Of a DNA stretch of 64,000 nt, positions 49,279-60,109 are shown one piece after another. Location of the stretch: the NCBI GenBank assembly GCA_034521595.1, contig JAXHMG010000003.1:1280001-1344000 (forward strand), in the 5' to 3' direction. The notes under the pieces are model-generated. The model was not told where the DNA came from, made no database searches, and saw nothing but the letters and a program-made list of their open reading frames with translations. Origin of the DNA: Gemmatimonadota bacterium. Its GTDB lineage: Bacteria; Gemmatimonadota; Gemmatimonadetes; Longimicrobiales; Gaopeijiaceae. The first letter of the stretch is position 1; each line of letters opens with the position of its first letter. A program made the position numbers and the translations under genes.

Positions 49279-52200
49279 CGGTGCTACGCGGCATCACGCT
49301 CCTCGACCTGATCCCCGAGCTCCCGGCGGGCGCTCAGGGCATCATCCCCGGCGACATTGGGCGCTTCCTCGAGCTGCTGAGCGTCGTGGAGCACGCCCCG
49401 CTCGCCAACGAGGGTTGGTTCACCCATGGTGGCGTGCTCCAGGGCGCCACCGATGCGGGACTCGAGCTGCCCGCCAACCTCCCGCTCCGGCTTCCGGGCC
49501 TCAACGCCGGCGTTCGCTTCCAGCTCTCGTGGCCCCGCGTGGAGCCCGTGGGCACGGATCCCGGGGACATGGAGGGGGCCCCCGACCGCTGGATCCTGGA
49601 CGTCTACGTGGGACGCATCGTCGTTCCCGTCCCCGGTCCGACGCCGGCGACACGGGTCCCGAGCGCCCCTGCTCAACCCCAGCATCTCGTCGCCGACCGG
49701 TCCCGCGACTGGGTGCAGATCACGGGAAGCGGCGTTCTCCGCATCACGCACGACGACAGCGGAACCGCGCTGGACCTCATCGCCCCGGCCGACCCCCTCG
49801 ATCCCGAGGAGCCCATCGGAGCGGTGCTGGAGCTGGGGCTGAACCCGCCCCACATGCTGTTCCACGAGAGCGGCTTCGGCATGAGCATCGGTCGGGTCGT
49901 CTGGGACGCGACCGGCAGCTACACGCCGCCCGAGATCGAGGCCCGGGGCCACGACGCCGCCTGGAAGGGCGTGTCGCTGGCCGAAGCGTCTCTGTACCTG
50001 CCGCATAACCTGCCGCTGTTCGGGGACGTCTCGTTCGGGGTCAAGGACGTGCTGTACGGACTCACCGACCCGGGCGGCGTGCAATTCGATGCCTACCTGG
50101 AGCTGGGCAATCCGCTCTCGTCGGGCGAGACCATCCAGTTCTTCCAGGAGCTCGAAGACGGAACCATCCATCATCCCTCCGACCCCGGGGCCGGCCTGAC
50201 CCGGACGGTCGTGCTCCACTCCTCGACGGAGGAGCGCGCACGGGTACGGGCCGTCCTCGATTCGGGGGCGGACGCGGTCTGGTCCTATCCGGGCGCGCGC
50301 AACGTCACCGCGCAGGGCACCGACTGGTTCACGGTGACGCCGGGCAACGAGCGGAGCTCGCTCACATTCCGCCGAGTCGCCACGAACGAGGCCGGGGAGA
50401 CGGTGTTCGGCCCGCAGATCACGTTCGTCTTCCGGAAGGAGGTCCCGGAACCGCAGCACGCGCCCAGGATCCAGGTCACGCAGGACGGGAACACGTGGGA
50501 CAACGTGGTCCACCTCTCGGGATCCACGGAAGCGTTGGCGGGCCTGGAGTTCACCGTCGTCTCGGACCCGAGCCTCACACCGGAGCGAAGGGAGCAGCTG
50601 CGATGGGACCTGGAGCACGACGGCGTCTCGCTGTCGGTGACCGGGGACTCGTTCACGCCGGCCACCTCGTTCCGCCCGGGCCTGCACGTGCTGGTGCTGC
50701 ACGACGAGGAGGACCGCACGCGGCGGCTCGAGATCGAGGGGATCGAGGAAGGGCGGCTGATCGTGGGCTCCGAGGGGGGACCGCGTGAGGTCGACGGAGG
50801 CACCGAAGGCGCCGTCGGGGTCACCGGCGTCGAAGCGTCGCACCATCTGGCGACCTACCACGAGTCGGGCGAGCGGACGGCTGCAAGCGGGGATCAGGCG
50901 TCCGTGAGCGGAGGGACGCTCACCGTCCCGGAGGGCGTCCTCGCCGAGGCCGCCCTCGACATCGGCAGCGGCGACGACCCGGACGCGGCGAACCCGGCGG
51001 AGGAGGAACCTCCCGTCCAGGCCGTCCGGATCTTCATGGTCTTCGAGGTGGATCAGTTCGCCGGCGAGTGGCGCCGGATCTCACCGGTACGGACGGACCC
51101 GGGCTGGGACCCGTTCGGGCCCCTGGAGCCCTACCCCGACCACGGCCCGACCGGCACGGGTCCCCGGGACCCGGTGGGCATCGCGTCCGGCGACGCCGTC
51201 TCCCCCTTCGTCCCCTCCGACCTTCTCCGGTGGGCGGAGAGCTTCCCGTCCGACACGGATTTCGTGGTCATCGGCCGCTGCGACGACCTCGGGCCGCAGC
51301 AGCTCAACGTGGACCTCGGTGCCGACCGGGCGCAGGCCGTGTTCGACCTGCTCACGTCGCCGTCCTCCGGATCGGAGCTCACGGCCATCGATCCCTCGCG
51401 GATCTACCACCGCGGGGAGCAGGAGAGCGCGTCCCTCCCCTCCGGCACCCCGGACATCCCGGCGGGCCGGCCCGGGCTGAGCGACCGTGCGGCCATCGAA
51501 TGGCGGATCCACGACGACTATCCGGACTCCGACACGAGCACCGGCTCGGGCTGGGGTCCGACCCGGGACGACCGCTCGGCCCGGCTGGAAGCGAGGTGCG
51601 TGGACGTCTACGCCATCCGGCCCGCCACGGACACCACCGTCGTTCCGCCGTCCGACGACGAATCCCGGGATCCCGCCCGCCGCCGCGCGCTGGTTCCGGG
51701 ACCGGACCGCACGACGTCCGAGGAGCCCGCCCCGCGCGACGTGGACCTGGGCTACCGGCTGCAGCTCCGCGCCAAGTGGGACAGCCCCACCATCGTCGAC
51801 AAGCGCGACTGGATCCCCGTGCTCGTGGAGATGACGCTCGACTGGCAGCGGGAGTCCCGCGCGCTCCCCGACGGCATGGGCGACGTGCAGCCGCAACCGG
51901 TCAGCGACGACGCCAACGCCGAGATCTGGCGGTTCCTCGGTCGCTTCGCCTACGACCCGCGGAGCGGGCAGACGGAGTTCACCGCGGCGCTGGACACGCC
52001 GGGCGACGAGAAGGGGATCTTCCACATCGTCTCTCCGGACGCCGACTCGGACGCCGACGAGGTCGTGGCGCTGGCGCTCGGACTCGGGCCAGCGCTCCTG
52101 GCGGGCGTGGACGCGGCGGAGCCCGGGAGCTCGGCCGTCCGCATCGGCGCGCTGTTGGCGGCCGTGGCCGGGGTGCTCGCCACCGACATCGTCAAGGACG

Positions 52201-55200
52201 GCAAGGCGACCGTCCAGAAGCTCGAGATCAAGCACCGCCAGCGGGACATCGACGACGCCGAAGGAAGCGTGAGCCGCGTGGTCATCGACTACACGGTCGA
52301 GCTGAACGTCGAGACCGACGCGCTCGGCGTCACGACGCGCAAGCCGGCGAAGTTCAGCTACAAGGGCGTCGGAATCGAGTACACGAACGACCCCGAGAAG
52401 GAGTGGTACGAGAACCTCGACATCGTCTACGAGGACGCGTCGTTCGAGATCGTCGACCCCGGCACCTGGGAGATCGACGGTCCCTTGGGCGAGCTTCTCG
52501 GCGTCAGCGCCGTACGGCTGGGCTCCGGCTCGGTCTGGGTCGAGACGGACCTGGACTTCGCGCTGGACCTGGGCGTCGTGGAGATCAGCTCCGCGACCGT
52601 GCGCATCACGGTCGAGCCCTCGGACGGGGTGACCGTGGACCTGCGAGGCCTGGCGGCCAAGGTCGACGTGCCGGGCGCCATCAAGGGCGGCGGCCAGCTC
52701 CAGATCGGGGACGGCGGCGACCTCGCGGCCATGATCGACCTCACGATCATCCCCGCCGAGATCCAGGCCGTGGCGGCGCTCAAGCTCGAGGGGCCCATGA
52801 CCCAGCTCGAGGCCGGCGTCCGCTTCGCCACGGCTCTCCCGCTCGCCGGCACGGGCTTCGGACTCTACGGGTTCAAGGGGCGGTTCGTATCCAACGGCAC
52901 CCGAGACCTCACCGGGCTCGCCGAGGACCCGGTGGAGCGCGAGCTCGGATGGTTCGCCAAGCCGGTCCTCGAGAAGTACGAGCCCAGCGTCGGCCAGTAC
53001 GCCATCGGGCTCGGCGCGATCGTCGGCACCATGCCGGACACGGGGTTCACGTTCAACGCGACCGGCATGGTCACGGTCGAATTCCCGGACGTCTCGGTGG
53101 TCTTCTCCATCGAGGCGAAGTTCCTGAACAAGCCGAGCCTCACCCCCAAGGAGGACAACGACGCCTCCGGCGGATCGGAGGTCAGCTTCGAGCTGATCGG
53201 GATCGTGGCGTTCGACTCGGCCGGCTTGGCGATCGCCGTGACCGGCGAGCTCGAGATCGAGAAGGTGCTGAGGGTCACGATCCCCATCGGGGCCTACTTC
53301 CCCTTCCAGTCGACCGGGGACGCGGCCTACCTCCGCATCGGCTCCGACGGGGCGGGCGGGCGCGCCGGCAGTCCGGTCACCATGACCGTGCTGCCGGACA
53401 TCCTCGATCTGAAGACCTGGTCGTTCTTCATGGTCGAGGAGAAGCAGCTCCTGGATCTGGGCGGCCGCGACGACCTGGACTTCCACGGGTTCTCCATCGG
53501 GTTCGGCGCAGGGTGGGAGTTCAAGTGGGGCGGCGGACCGATCTACCTGACGGTCTCGGCCGGCGTCCTGGTCGGCATGGGCACGCGCCCCATGACGGTG
53601 GTGGGCTCCATCTTCGTGTCGGGCGAGCTCTGGCTCGTGGTCGTGGGCCTCTCCATCAGCGGAGAGATCACGCTCCGGATCGTGCATCAGAACGGCGACA
53701 CGGACTGGTCGCTGACCGGGGAGTTCTGCGGCAAAGTCTCGTTCTTCTTTTTCTCCATCAAAGGCTGCGTCGAGTTCAAGCTGCCCGGGGACACCGCCGG
53801 AGACGCGCCTCCGCCCGATCCCGATCCGCTGGTGACCGGAGTCACCCTCACCGACAAGTTCGTCCGCGTCATCGCCCAGGCGAGCGATGTCACGGCGGGT
53901 GACGCCGTCCTACCGGAGTCTCTGGCGTGGCCCGACGTCGCGCCCACGATCCACTTCTCCCACCGGGTGATGCCGAACCTGCCTCCGGGCGGCTTCGAGC
54001 CCGCGCCCTCGGGCGGGTTCCCGGGGGAGGACTGGTCCGGCACGTCCAAGCTGAAGTTCCGGTTCCGCCTGGACGCGGTGGTCCTGGAGCTGGCCGACGG
54101 GACGGCCGTCGACGTCTCGGGCTGGCCGTCCGTGTGGTGGCAGCCGGCGTTCCGGGCGAGCGTGCCCGAGTCAGGCGACACGCCGTCCTCCGACCACGAG
54201 GGCTGGGACCTGGCCCTGCTCCACTGGGACCCGAGCCCCTGGCGCCGTCCGCTCACGAACGGCGGTGAGGGAATCGAGGCGGATCCCGCCGACGCGGTCC
54301 GCAACCTCTGCGAGCCCGCGCCGGAGCCCTCGCGCCACTGCACGCTCGGCCAGGACGGTGTGCGCCAGGACGTGGACCGGGTCGAGTTCGCGAGCGCGGC
54401 CGGCGGGACGCTTCCGTATCCGTCCTACTTCTTCGTGGATGGCCGGGAGGGATTCGGCGGCCTCGACCTCGAGGCGGTCGTCGCCCTGGCGGACGTGGTC
54501 GGAATGGGATTCGTCCCCGGCTCGCTCCAACCGCTTCCGGGGTCGCTGTCGCTTCCAGGTGTCCCGCCCGCGCTGACGGAAGCCTTCCGCTTCCCGTACC
54601 TGACCCGGGGCGGCGCCATCGCCGGCTCCCTGGGAATGACCGGGACCTTCCGGCCCTCGGTGGTCGATCCGGACCTCGTGCTGGCCATGTGCATCGATGT
54701 TCCGGAGCTCGAGCGCACCGTCGAGCGGTGCGTCGACTTCGACCGGCTCCAGCCGCACCGGAGCCTCGGACCCTCCATCACCCACGAGGACGTGGTCTTC
54801 ACCGACCGCGGCGGGCACCTGCGGACGACCGACTCCCTTCCGGCGGGAGCGCCGGACGGCCGGAGCGAGCTCCGCTTCACCTCGAAGGGGCTCGACGTCG
54901 CCCTCCCCGAGGTCTGTGACCGTGTGAGCCTGACCGTGGCCTATCAGGAACACGGTCCCATCCACGCGATCGCGTTCGACGCGGACGGCCAGCGCCTGGA
55001 CCAGGTCACGGGCCCGACGACCCCCAATGCGGCGACCACGATCTCCGTCGAGTCCCCGGGAATCACCCGGGTGGTCGTCACGGGCGGTTTCGGCACGGGC
55101 ATGCTCCAGGAGGTCTGCTACCGCTTCCGACAGGTCGCCGATCGGAAGGCCATCGCCGAGCGGATCGTGGCACACCTGACGGAGCCGGCGACCTATGCAC

Positions 55201-56783
55201 GTCGGGTCACGCGTCCCCTGCTGCCGCGGGTCTTCGGCGACCGCAACGACGACCCCGAGGATCCGACCCGCGACGAATGGGAGGCGGACGTCCTCGACGT
55301 GGCGGTGGGCGACGCGCGCGCCTGTGTCTATATGCGTTATACGGCCCCGGATCCGGAGCACCGCTATCGAAGCTTCACCGTGCTCCCCTTCCCTTCGCTG
55401 GAGCTCTCCCTGGTCAGCGTGTGCGGCATCAGCGCCGACGCCCAGGACGCCCACGACGCGGACGAGGACGCGCGCGAGGACGGGCAGGACGCCTGGAACG
55501 ACGCGGCCGAGGGCGACGAGGAGGACCGCGTCGCGCTCCTCGACGCCGACACGGAATACGCCGTCCGGATCGACTACTCGTACGCCATCTGGCAAGGGGA
55601 GGAAGGACGCGACCTGCCGCCCGAGATCGATGCCGCGGACTTCGACGCCGCGGAAGCCGACTGGCCCGACGGCGTCACCTTCGGCTCGACGAGCCAGCGC
55701 TTCGGCTTCCGGACAGCGCCCGAGGCGCCGATTCCCGAAGCGGACCTGATGACCTTCGACGCGCAGGACACGTTCGAGCCCCGGGGGCTCGTGCGGTATC
55801 TGCGCGGATTCGACCCCGTGTCGGATCGGTTCACGCACTTCCTGGACGATCTCCTCCTGGTCCACTTCGACGTGGAATGGGTGCGGACGCTCCTCGAGCG
55901 GTACGGCTACGAGATGCGCCTGACCGTGAAGCGGACCGATCCGAAGCCGCCGGACCCGGGCACCGGACCCCTCACCGACCTGTCGGTCCCCTCCGCGTGG
56001 ACCTGGGAGCCGCTACCGGTCTGGATGCGGAACGAGGGCGACATCCGGGTCGCGGTCGCGGCCGACGAGTCCGAGTGCGTCGAGCCGCCCGTTTCGGGCG
56101 GGACGGCAGCCGTATCGGCGGAGCTGGACCCACGGGCCGAGTACGACCTCGAGCTCACCGCGGTTCCGCTCGGCGCGGGCGACGACGAGCCGGGAGTCCA
56201 CATCTCGCGCACCCACTTCCGGACGTCCCGGTACGGGGCCGCCCCCGAGCTCGTCGAGGCGCTCGGCCTGAGCGATCCGGGGGCTCCGTACGCGCCGCCG
56301 CCGACCGAAGCATTGGTCACGGGACGGGCCACGCCCGGCACCGGGGAGCCCGACGATGTGGCGCTGGACGAATGCCTGGCCGCGATGGGCCTCGACCCGT
56401 TCCCGCTTCCGGACACGCCCCGGACGGTGCTGCTGTGGATCGACGACGGGGGCTGGCGGCTCGCCGGCATTCTCCTGGACGCGGACGAATCGCTCTTCCG
56501 TGCCCCACGCCTCGAGGAGGTCGTCTCCACCGCAGACACGGGCTCGGAGCCGGACCCACGCCTCGAGGTGGTCGAAGCCCAAGTCGGTGGGACCACATTC
56601 GAGGTCCGGCACCGCAACGAGGCCGGCACCCGCGTGCTCCTCGCGCCGACGTCGCCGGCGGCCCTCAGCCACCCGGACGGGACGCTGCCCCTCGTCGTCC
56701 GGTTCAGGGATCGCGGCGCGGTGCTGGAAGGCGCGCGCACGCTGACGACGCTTCCCTACATCGTGATCAAGGAGTCGGTATGA
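49275..56783 (+). CDS. Giant beta-rich protein (2502 aa) with an OmpA_C-like domain and a DUF6603-like region; operon gene 2
   Basis: ATG at 49275 coupled to the upstream stop, strong GC3 bias. IGRCDDLG...N..L...RA motif. GLYGF.G.F..N...YAIGLGAIVGT..D.GF segment. Family assignment is from recollection. Confidence 0.8.
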   Translation: MTVLRGITLLDLIPELPAGAQGIIPGDIGRFLELLSVVEHAPLANEGWFTHGGVLQGATDAGLELPANLPLRLPGLNAGVRFQLSWPRVEPVGTDPGDMEGAPDRWILDVYVGRIVVPVPGPTPATRVPSAPAQPQHLVADRSRDWVQITGSGVLRITHDDSGTALDLIAPADPLDPEEPIGAVLELGLNPPHMLFHESGFGMSIGRVVWDATGSYTPPEIEARGHDAAWKGVSLAEASLYLPHNLPLFGDVSFGVKDVLYGLTDPGGVQFDAYLELGNPLSSGETIQFFQELEDGTIHHPSDPGAGLTRTVVLHSSTEERARVRAVLDSGADAVWSYPGARNVTAQGTDWFTVTPGNERSSLTFRRVATNEAGETVFGPQITFVFRKEVPEPQHAPRIQVTQDGNTWDNVVHLSGSTEALAGLEFTVVSDPSLTPERREQLRWDLEHDGVSLSVTGDSFTPATSFRPGLHVLVLHDEEDRTRRLEIEGIEEGRLIVGSEGGPREVDGGTEGAVGVTGVEASHHLATYHESGERTAASGDQASVSGGTLTVPEGVLAEAALDIGSGDDPDAANPAEEEPPVQAVRIFMVFEVDQFAGEWRRISPVRTDPGWDPFGPLEPYPDHGPTGTGPRDPVGIASGDAVSPFVPSDLLRWAESFPSDTDFVVIGRCDDLGPQQLNVDLGADRAQAVFDLLTSPSSGSELTAIDPSRIYHRGEQESASLPSGTPDIPAGRPGLSDRAAIEWRIHDDYPDSDTSTGSGWGPTRDDRSARLEARCVDVYAIRPATDTTVVPPSDDESRDPARRRALVPGPDRTTSEEPAPRDVDLGYRLQLRAKWDSPTIVDKRDWIPVLVEMTLDWQRESRALPDGMGDVQPQPVSDDANAEIWRFLGRFAYDPRSGQTEFTAALDTPGDEKGIFHIVSPDADSDADEVVALALGLGPALLAGVDAAEPGSSAVRIGALLAAVAGVLATDIVKDGKATVQKLEIKHRQRDIDDAEGSVSRVVIDYTVELNVETDALGVTTRKPAKFSYKGVGIEYTNDPEKEWYENLDIVYEDASFEIVDPGTWEIDGPLGELLGVSAVRLGSGSVWVETDLDFALDLGVVEISSATVRITVEPSDGVTVDLRGLAAKVDVPGAIKGGGQLQIGDGGDLAAMIDLTIIPAEIQAVAALKLEGPMTQLEAGVRFATALPLAGTGFGLYGFKGRFVSNGTRDLTGLAEDPVERELGWFAKPVLEKYEPSVGQYAIGLGAIVGTMPDTGFTFNATGMVTVEFPDVSVVFSIEAKFLNKPSLTPKEDNDASGGSEVSFELIGIVAFDSAGLAIAVTGELEIEKVLRVTIPIGAYFPFQSTGDAAYLRIGSDGAGGRAGSPVTMTVLPDILDLKTWSFFMVEEKQLLDLGGRDDLDFHGFSIGFGAGWEFKWGGGPIYLTVSAGVLVGMGTRPMTVVGSIFVSGELWLVVVGLSISGEITLRIVHQNGDTDWSLTGEFCGKVSFFFFSIKGCVEFKLPGDTAGDAPPPDPDPLVTGVTLTDKFVRVIAQASDVTAGDAVLPESLAWPDVAPTIHFSHRVMPNLPPGGFEPAPSGGFPGEDWSGTSKLKFRFRLDAVVLELADGTAVDVSGWPSVWWQPAFRASVPESGDTPSSDHEGWDLALLHWDPSPWRRPLTNGGEGIEADPADAVRNLCEPAPEPSRHCTLGQDGVRQDVDRVEFASAAGGTLPYPSYFFVDGREGFGGLDLEAVVALADVVGMGFVPGSLQPLPGSLSLPGVPPALTEAFRFPYLTRGGAIAGSLGMTGTFRPSVVDPDLVLAMCIDVPELERTVERCVDFDRLQPHRSLGPSITHEDVVFTDRGGHLRTTDSLPAGAPDGRSELRFTSKGLDVALPEVCDRVSLTVAYQEHGPIHAIAFDADGQRLDQVTGPTTPNAATTISVESPGITRVVVTGGFGTGMLQEVCYRFRQVADRKAIAERIVAHLTEPATYARRVTRPLLPRVFGDRNDDPEDPTRDEWEADVLDVAVGDARACVYMRYTAPDPEHRYRSFTVLPFPSLELSLVSVCGISADAQDAHDADEDAREDGQDAWNDAAEGDEEDRVALLDADTEYAVRIDYSYAIWQGEEGRDLPPEIDAADFDAAEADWPDGVTFGSTSQRFGFRTAPEAPIPEADLMTFDAQDTFEPRGLVRYLRGFDPVSDRFTHFLDDLLLVHFDVEWVRTLLERYGYEMRLTVKRTDPKPPDPGTGPLTDLSVPSAWTWEPLPVWMRNEGDIRVAVAADESECVEPPVSGGTAAVSAELDPRAEYDLELTAVPLGAGDDEPGVHISRTHFRTSRYGAAPELVEALGLSDPGAPYAPPPTEALVTGRATPGTGEPDDVALDECLAAMGLDPFPLPDTPRTVLLWIDDGGWRLAGILLDADESLFRAPRLEEVVSTADTGSEPDPRLEVVEAQVGGTTFEVRHRNEAGTRVLLAPTSPAALSHPDGTLPLVVRFRDRGAVLEGARTLTTLPYIVIKESV

Positions 56784-59700
56784 AGCCGCTGCCGCCCAGC
56801 TGGGCCATGGGCGCACACGCCCTGGACGGCGCCGGAGATCCTCACCTCCAACCGGGGGCCCACTTCCGCCTGGCCACCGCGCCCGTGCTGGGGCTTCCGC
56901 TCCGTCCACTGCTCGTCTACAAGCACCGCCTCCATCCCGGCGAGGCGAACGAGGCCATGCAGACGGAGATCCGGTGGACGGACAGTGCCGGACGCACGCT
57001 CACGCCCCCCTTCGACGTGACGCCCGACAACCCGGTAACCGGGCACCTGCCCGTGAGCCAGACGCGCCGCTGCATCTGGATCGAAGTCGCGGCCGAATCC
57101 CCGTCCGACCGGGCGAGAAATCCCGGGGGGCTTACCCGGAATCTCGACGCCGACATCCGCCGCACCATCGACCGGGTCGACCTCGACGCCGTGTCGGGCC
57201 CGATCCGGCTCCGGAGAGACATCCTCGACCTCGTACGCCGCCTCCCCGACTTCGTCTTCCGTCCCGGGCTCAAGGTCGACGCGTTCCTGGAATCGATTCA
57301 GGGCATGTCGTTCCTCGGCTCGCGGACCGAGGCGCCCTACGTGCTGAGCGCGTCGTCGCTCTCGGGCGTGGTGGTGAGCGGCACCGGACGGGTCCAAGGG
57401 GCGCGTTGGCTGGAGTGGGGACGGACCCGGACCAAGCGAGCCCTCTGGCGGGTGCTGCCGATGCCGGTCTCCTCGGGGCCTCGGCACCTCGCTCCGTCCG
57501 ACGCCCGCGACCAGGCGCTGGAGCGGGTGCGGCGAGGCGCGCCGCGGCGATACGGGCTCCACGACCGGCCGGAGACGGCCAACGCCGCGAGCGCTCCGGC
57601 CGCCACCGTCGGCGCGGAGGAACGGCGGGTGACCCGGCTCAGCGAGGATCTCGAGCCCAGCCTCGAAGCGCTGGTGAACGACACCTCGGCAGCTCCTCTG
57701 GAGCTCGGGATCGATCAGGAGCTGGACCAGAGCGAGTCGGACCAGGTCGCCGCCGCCCGTTATCCCGCGTTGGGGACGGTGCTCCTGTCCGCGCTCGATC
57801 CCGGAGTGGCCCGCTGGCTCGGCTTCATGGACCGGGACGAGGACGACACGGCGCCGGTGGGGAGCATCGTGATCTACACCATCCGGGGGTTCTGGTCCGT
57901 CGACTGGAACGCCCTGTCGCTATGGCGGAAGCTCGCCTTCTTTCCGGCCGCTTCGGCGGGAATCGTGTCGTCCTCCCAGCCGCCCGACGGCTCGGTGCCC
58001 TTCGACATCCCCCGCAGATCTCCGGACGGCACCCCCGTATTCGACCTGGAGGTGCCCGCGGTCGCGACGATCGGCGTGCCACCGGACGCGCCGACCGCCC
58101 CGGTTCTCGAGCCTCCGGTAGCGCCCGAGGGTGCGCCGGACGCGGATCCCATGGGCGTCTGGATGCCGGGCACGCCGGGAAGCTACCGCCGTCACGTCCA
58201 GATGCCCGTTCGCGACCTCGTGCCCGGCGCCTGTCTCGCCGTGGCGCGGGAGCACGACGGGACCCGGGAGCGGCTGAACCGCACCGTCCTGGTCGATCCC
58301 GGCACCGGCGAGGAGCGCGCCATGAGCCTCCACGCCGCGCTCCCCGGCAGCGCGGATTCCGCCGATCAGGGCTCGATCAGCGACCGGGAAGCCCACCCGG
58401 ACGCCACGGAGTACCACGCGGCTCAGGCCGACTGGTTCGGTCGTTGGAGCGCCTGGCGTGCGCGGACCATCGGCCCCAAGGAGCCGCCCGCGCCCCCCAT
58501 CCCGGTGATCCAGCCTCGATACGAGATGGCCGAGACGCCGGACCCGATGCACGACGACCCGCTCTGGGGGCGCCTGAGCGTCCGTGTGCCCGTACCTCCG
58601 GCGACGGACCTCGCGCCCGGCTCGCACCCCCTGGACCGGATCCGCATCGAAGGCACCGTGGCCGGTGCCACGACGGAGTCGTTCGCGGTCGAAGAGCCCG
58701 TTCCCTCGGCGCCCGGGCCCCATCTCGAAGTGGAGATTCCGGTCCCGACGGGCTCCGGCGGAACGGCGGCGTTCCTGGCCCGGACGGAGATCGCGACGGC
58801 CACCATGACCGCCCGGTGGATCGACGCCGATGGCGGCCTCTCCGAGCCGACGGAGCCTCGAGAGCTCGACCTGGTCGATCCGCGCCCTCCGGAGCCCGTG
58901 ACCATCGACCCGACGCTCACGTACACCGCCCGGCCCGACGCGACCGGGCGCGCGCTCGCGCGCATCGGTTGGACGGCCTCGTCCACGCAGCACGGCTTCC
59001 GCGTCTACTTCAGCGACGAAACGCGGCTGGTCGAGCGGATGGAGTCGGTCGCGGCGGGTTCCGGCTCCGACGCGTCCACGGCCCAAGCGTTCCTCGACGA
59101 TCTGGCGGCGGCCGGGGGACCGGCCGAGCGCGCCGCGGCCTTCACCGCGCCGGGGCGCCCGGAGCAGTTCCGGCGGGACTGGTTCGAGAACCTCACGGGC
59201 GACCTGCTCGTGGGCTCGGGAGACATGCGCTTCCAGCACGACCTCTCCGCGTCGCTCCGCTCACTGGCGTTCTATCGCGTGGTGGCCGTCAGCGAGACGA
59301 ACGTGGAGTCGGAGTTCGCCGGCTCCCCGCTCGTCCCGCGGGCCGTCCCCAACAGCGGGCCGCCGCCCCGGCCGATGATCGAGGTCGTCCCGCGCGACCG
59401 CATCCCCGACGACGTGACCGTGGGAGAGCAGGAAGTCCTCCTTCGCGTCCGGGTGGTCCGCGGCGCGCAGCCCGTCTCGCGGGTCCGGCTCCGCCGGAGC
59501 TCTCGTGGGGGCGGAGACGCGCTGCGGATGCCCGTGGCGCTCGAGACGGACGTGACCCCCTCCGAGCCGGGGCCTGACGGAATCGTGACCGTGGACCTGG
59601 TCGACACCGGAGCGTACAACCACGAGCCCGGCCGGATTCTGCGTCCCTTCAGCAACTACTTCTGGCGGGTCGAGGTCCAGGCGCCGAACGAGCCCGGCAG

Positions 59701-60100
59701 CTCCCTCCCGGGCGAATGGAGCCCGCCCAGCGACGCGACCTCGACCCTTCTCGTCGGGCCACGACCCGGCCCCGTGACGGGGCTCGCTGCCGCCGCCAGC
59801 CCTCCACCCGACCCCGTGGTCACCCTTACCTGGGAGCACCCGGAGCCGCTCCTGCCCGGCGGGATCGGCGGCTTCCGCTTCGAGATCCTGCGGCGGCAGG
59901 ACGGTCGCGAAAAGGTCGTGGGCCAGCTGGCCGCGGACGCGGACCCCGCCGCGGGTGGCCGAAGCGGACCCGGGGACTCGTTCACCTGGACGGAGACGCT
60001 CGAAGGCGCCGACCCCGCGGAGGACCTCGAGTACAGGGTGGTGACCCTGGACCCACTCGGCCGCCGTGGGCCGGTCTCGTCCCCCGTCAGCCTTCCCTGA
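56780..60100 (+). CDS. Hypothetical protein (1106 aa) with FN3/Ig-like repeats; operon gene 3
   Basis: ATG at 56780 after AAGGAG, ATGA overlap. FN3-like ends YHAAQADWFGRWSAW, FYRVVAVSETNVES, YFWRVEVQ, YRVVTLDPLGRRGP. Confidence 0.78.
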   Translation: MKPLPPSWAMGAHALDGAGDPHLQPGAHFRLATAPVLGLPLRPLLVYKHRLHPGEANEAMQTEIRWTDSAGRTLTPPFDVTPDNPVTGHLPVSQTRRCIWIEVAAESPSDRARNPGGLTRNLDADIRRTIDRVDLDAVSGPIRLRRDILDLVRRLPDFVFRPGLKVDAFLESIQGMSFLGSRTEAPYVLSASSLSGVVVSGTGRVQGARWLEWGRTRTKRALWRVLPMPVSSGPRHLAPSDARDQALERVRRGAPRRYGLHDRPETANAASAPAATVGAEERRVTRLSEDLEPSLEALVNDTSAAPLELGIDQELDQSESDQVAAARYPALGTVLLSALDPGVARWLGFMDRDEDDTAPVGSIVIYTIRGFWSVDWNALSLWRKLAFFPAASAGIVSSSQPPDGSVPFDIPRRSPDGTPVFDLEVPAVATIGVPPDAPTAPVLEPPVAPEGAPDADPMGVWMPGTPGSYRRHVQMPVRDLVPGACLAVAREHDGTRERLNRTVLVDPGTGEERAMSLHAALPGSADSADQGSISDREAHPDATEYHAAQADWFGRWSAWRARTIGPKEPPAPPIPVIQPRYEMAETPDPMHDDPLWGRLSVRVPVPPATDLAPGSHPLDRIRIEGTVAGATTESFAVEEPVPSAPGPHLEVEIPVPTGSGGTAAFLARTEIATATMTARWIDADGGLSEPTEPRELDLVDPRPPEPVTIDPTLTYTARPDATGRALARIGWTASSTQHGFRVYFSDETRLVERMESVAAGSGSDASTAQAFLDDLAAAGGPAERAAAFTAPGRPEQFRRDWFENLTGDLLVGSGDMRFQHDLSASLRSLAFYRVVAVSETNVESEFAGSPLVPRAVPNSGPPPRPMIEVVPRDRIPDDVTVGEQEVLLRVRVVRGAQPVSRVRLRRSSRGGGDALRMPVALETDVTPSEPGPDGIVTVDLVDTGAYNHEPGRILRPFSNYFWRVEVQAPNEPGSSLPGEWSPPSDATSTLLVGPRPGPVTGLAAAASPPPDPVVTLTWEHPEPLLPGGIGGFRFEILRRQDGREKVVGQLAADADPAAGGRSGPGDSFTWTETLEGADPAEDLEYRVVTLDPLGRRGPVSSPVSLP

Positions 60101-60109
60101 GGAACCCCG

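Noticed and set aside
55277-56779. First 501 aa of the 1607-aa ORF
   Set aside because: Out-of-frame overlap with gene 2 and R/G/P-rich. The real start is ATG 56780.
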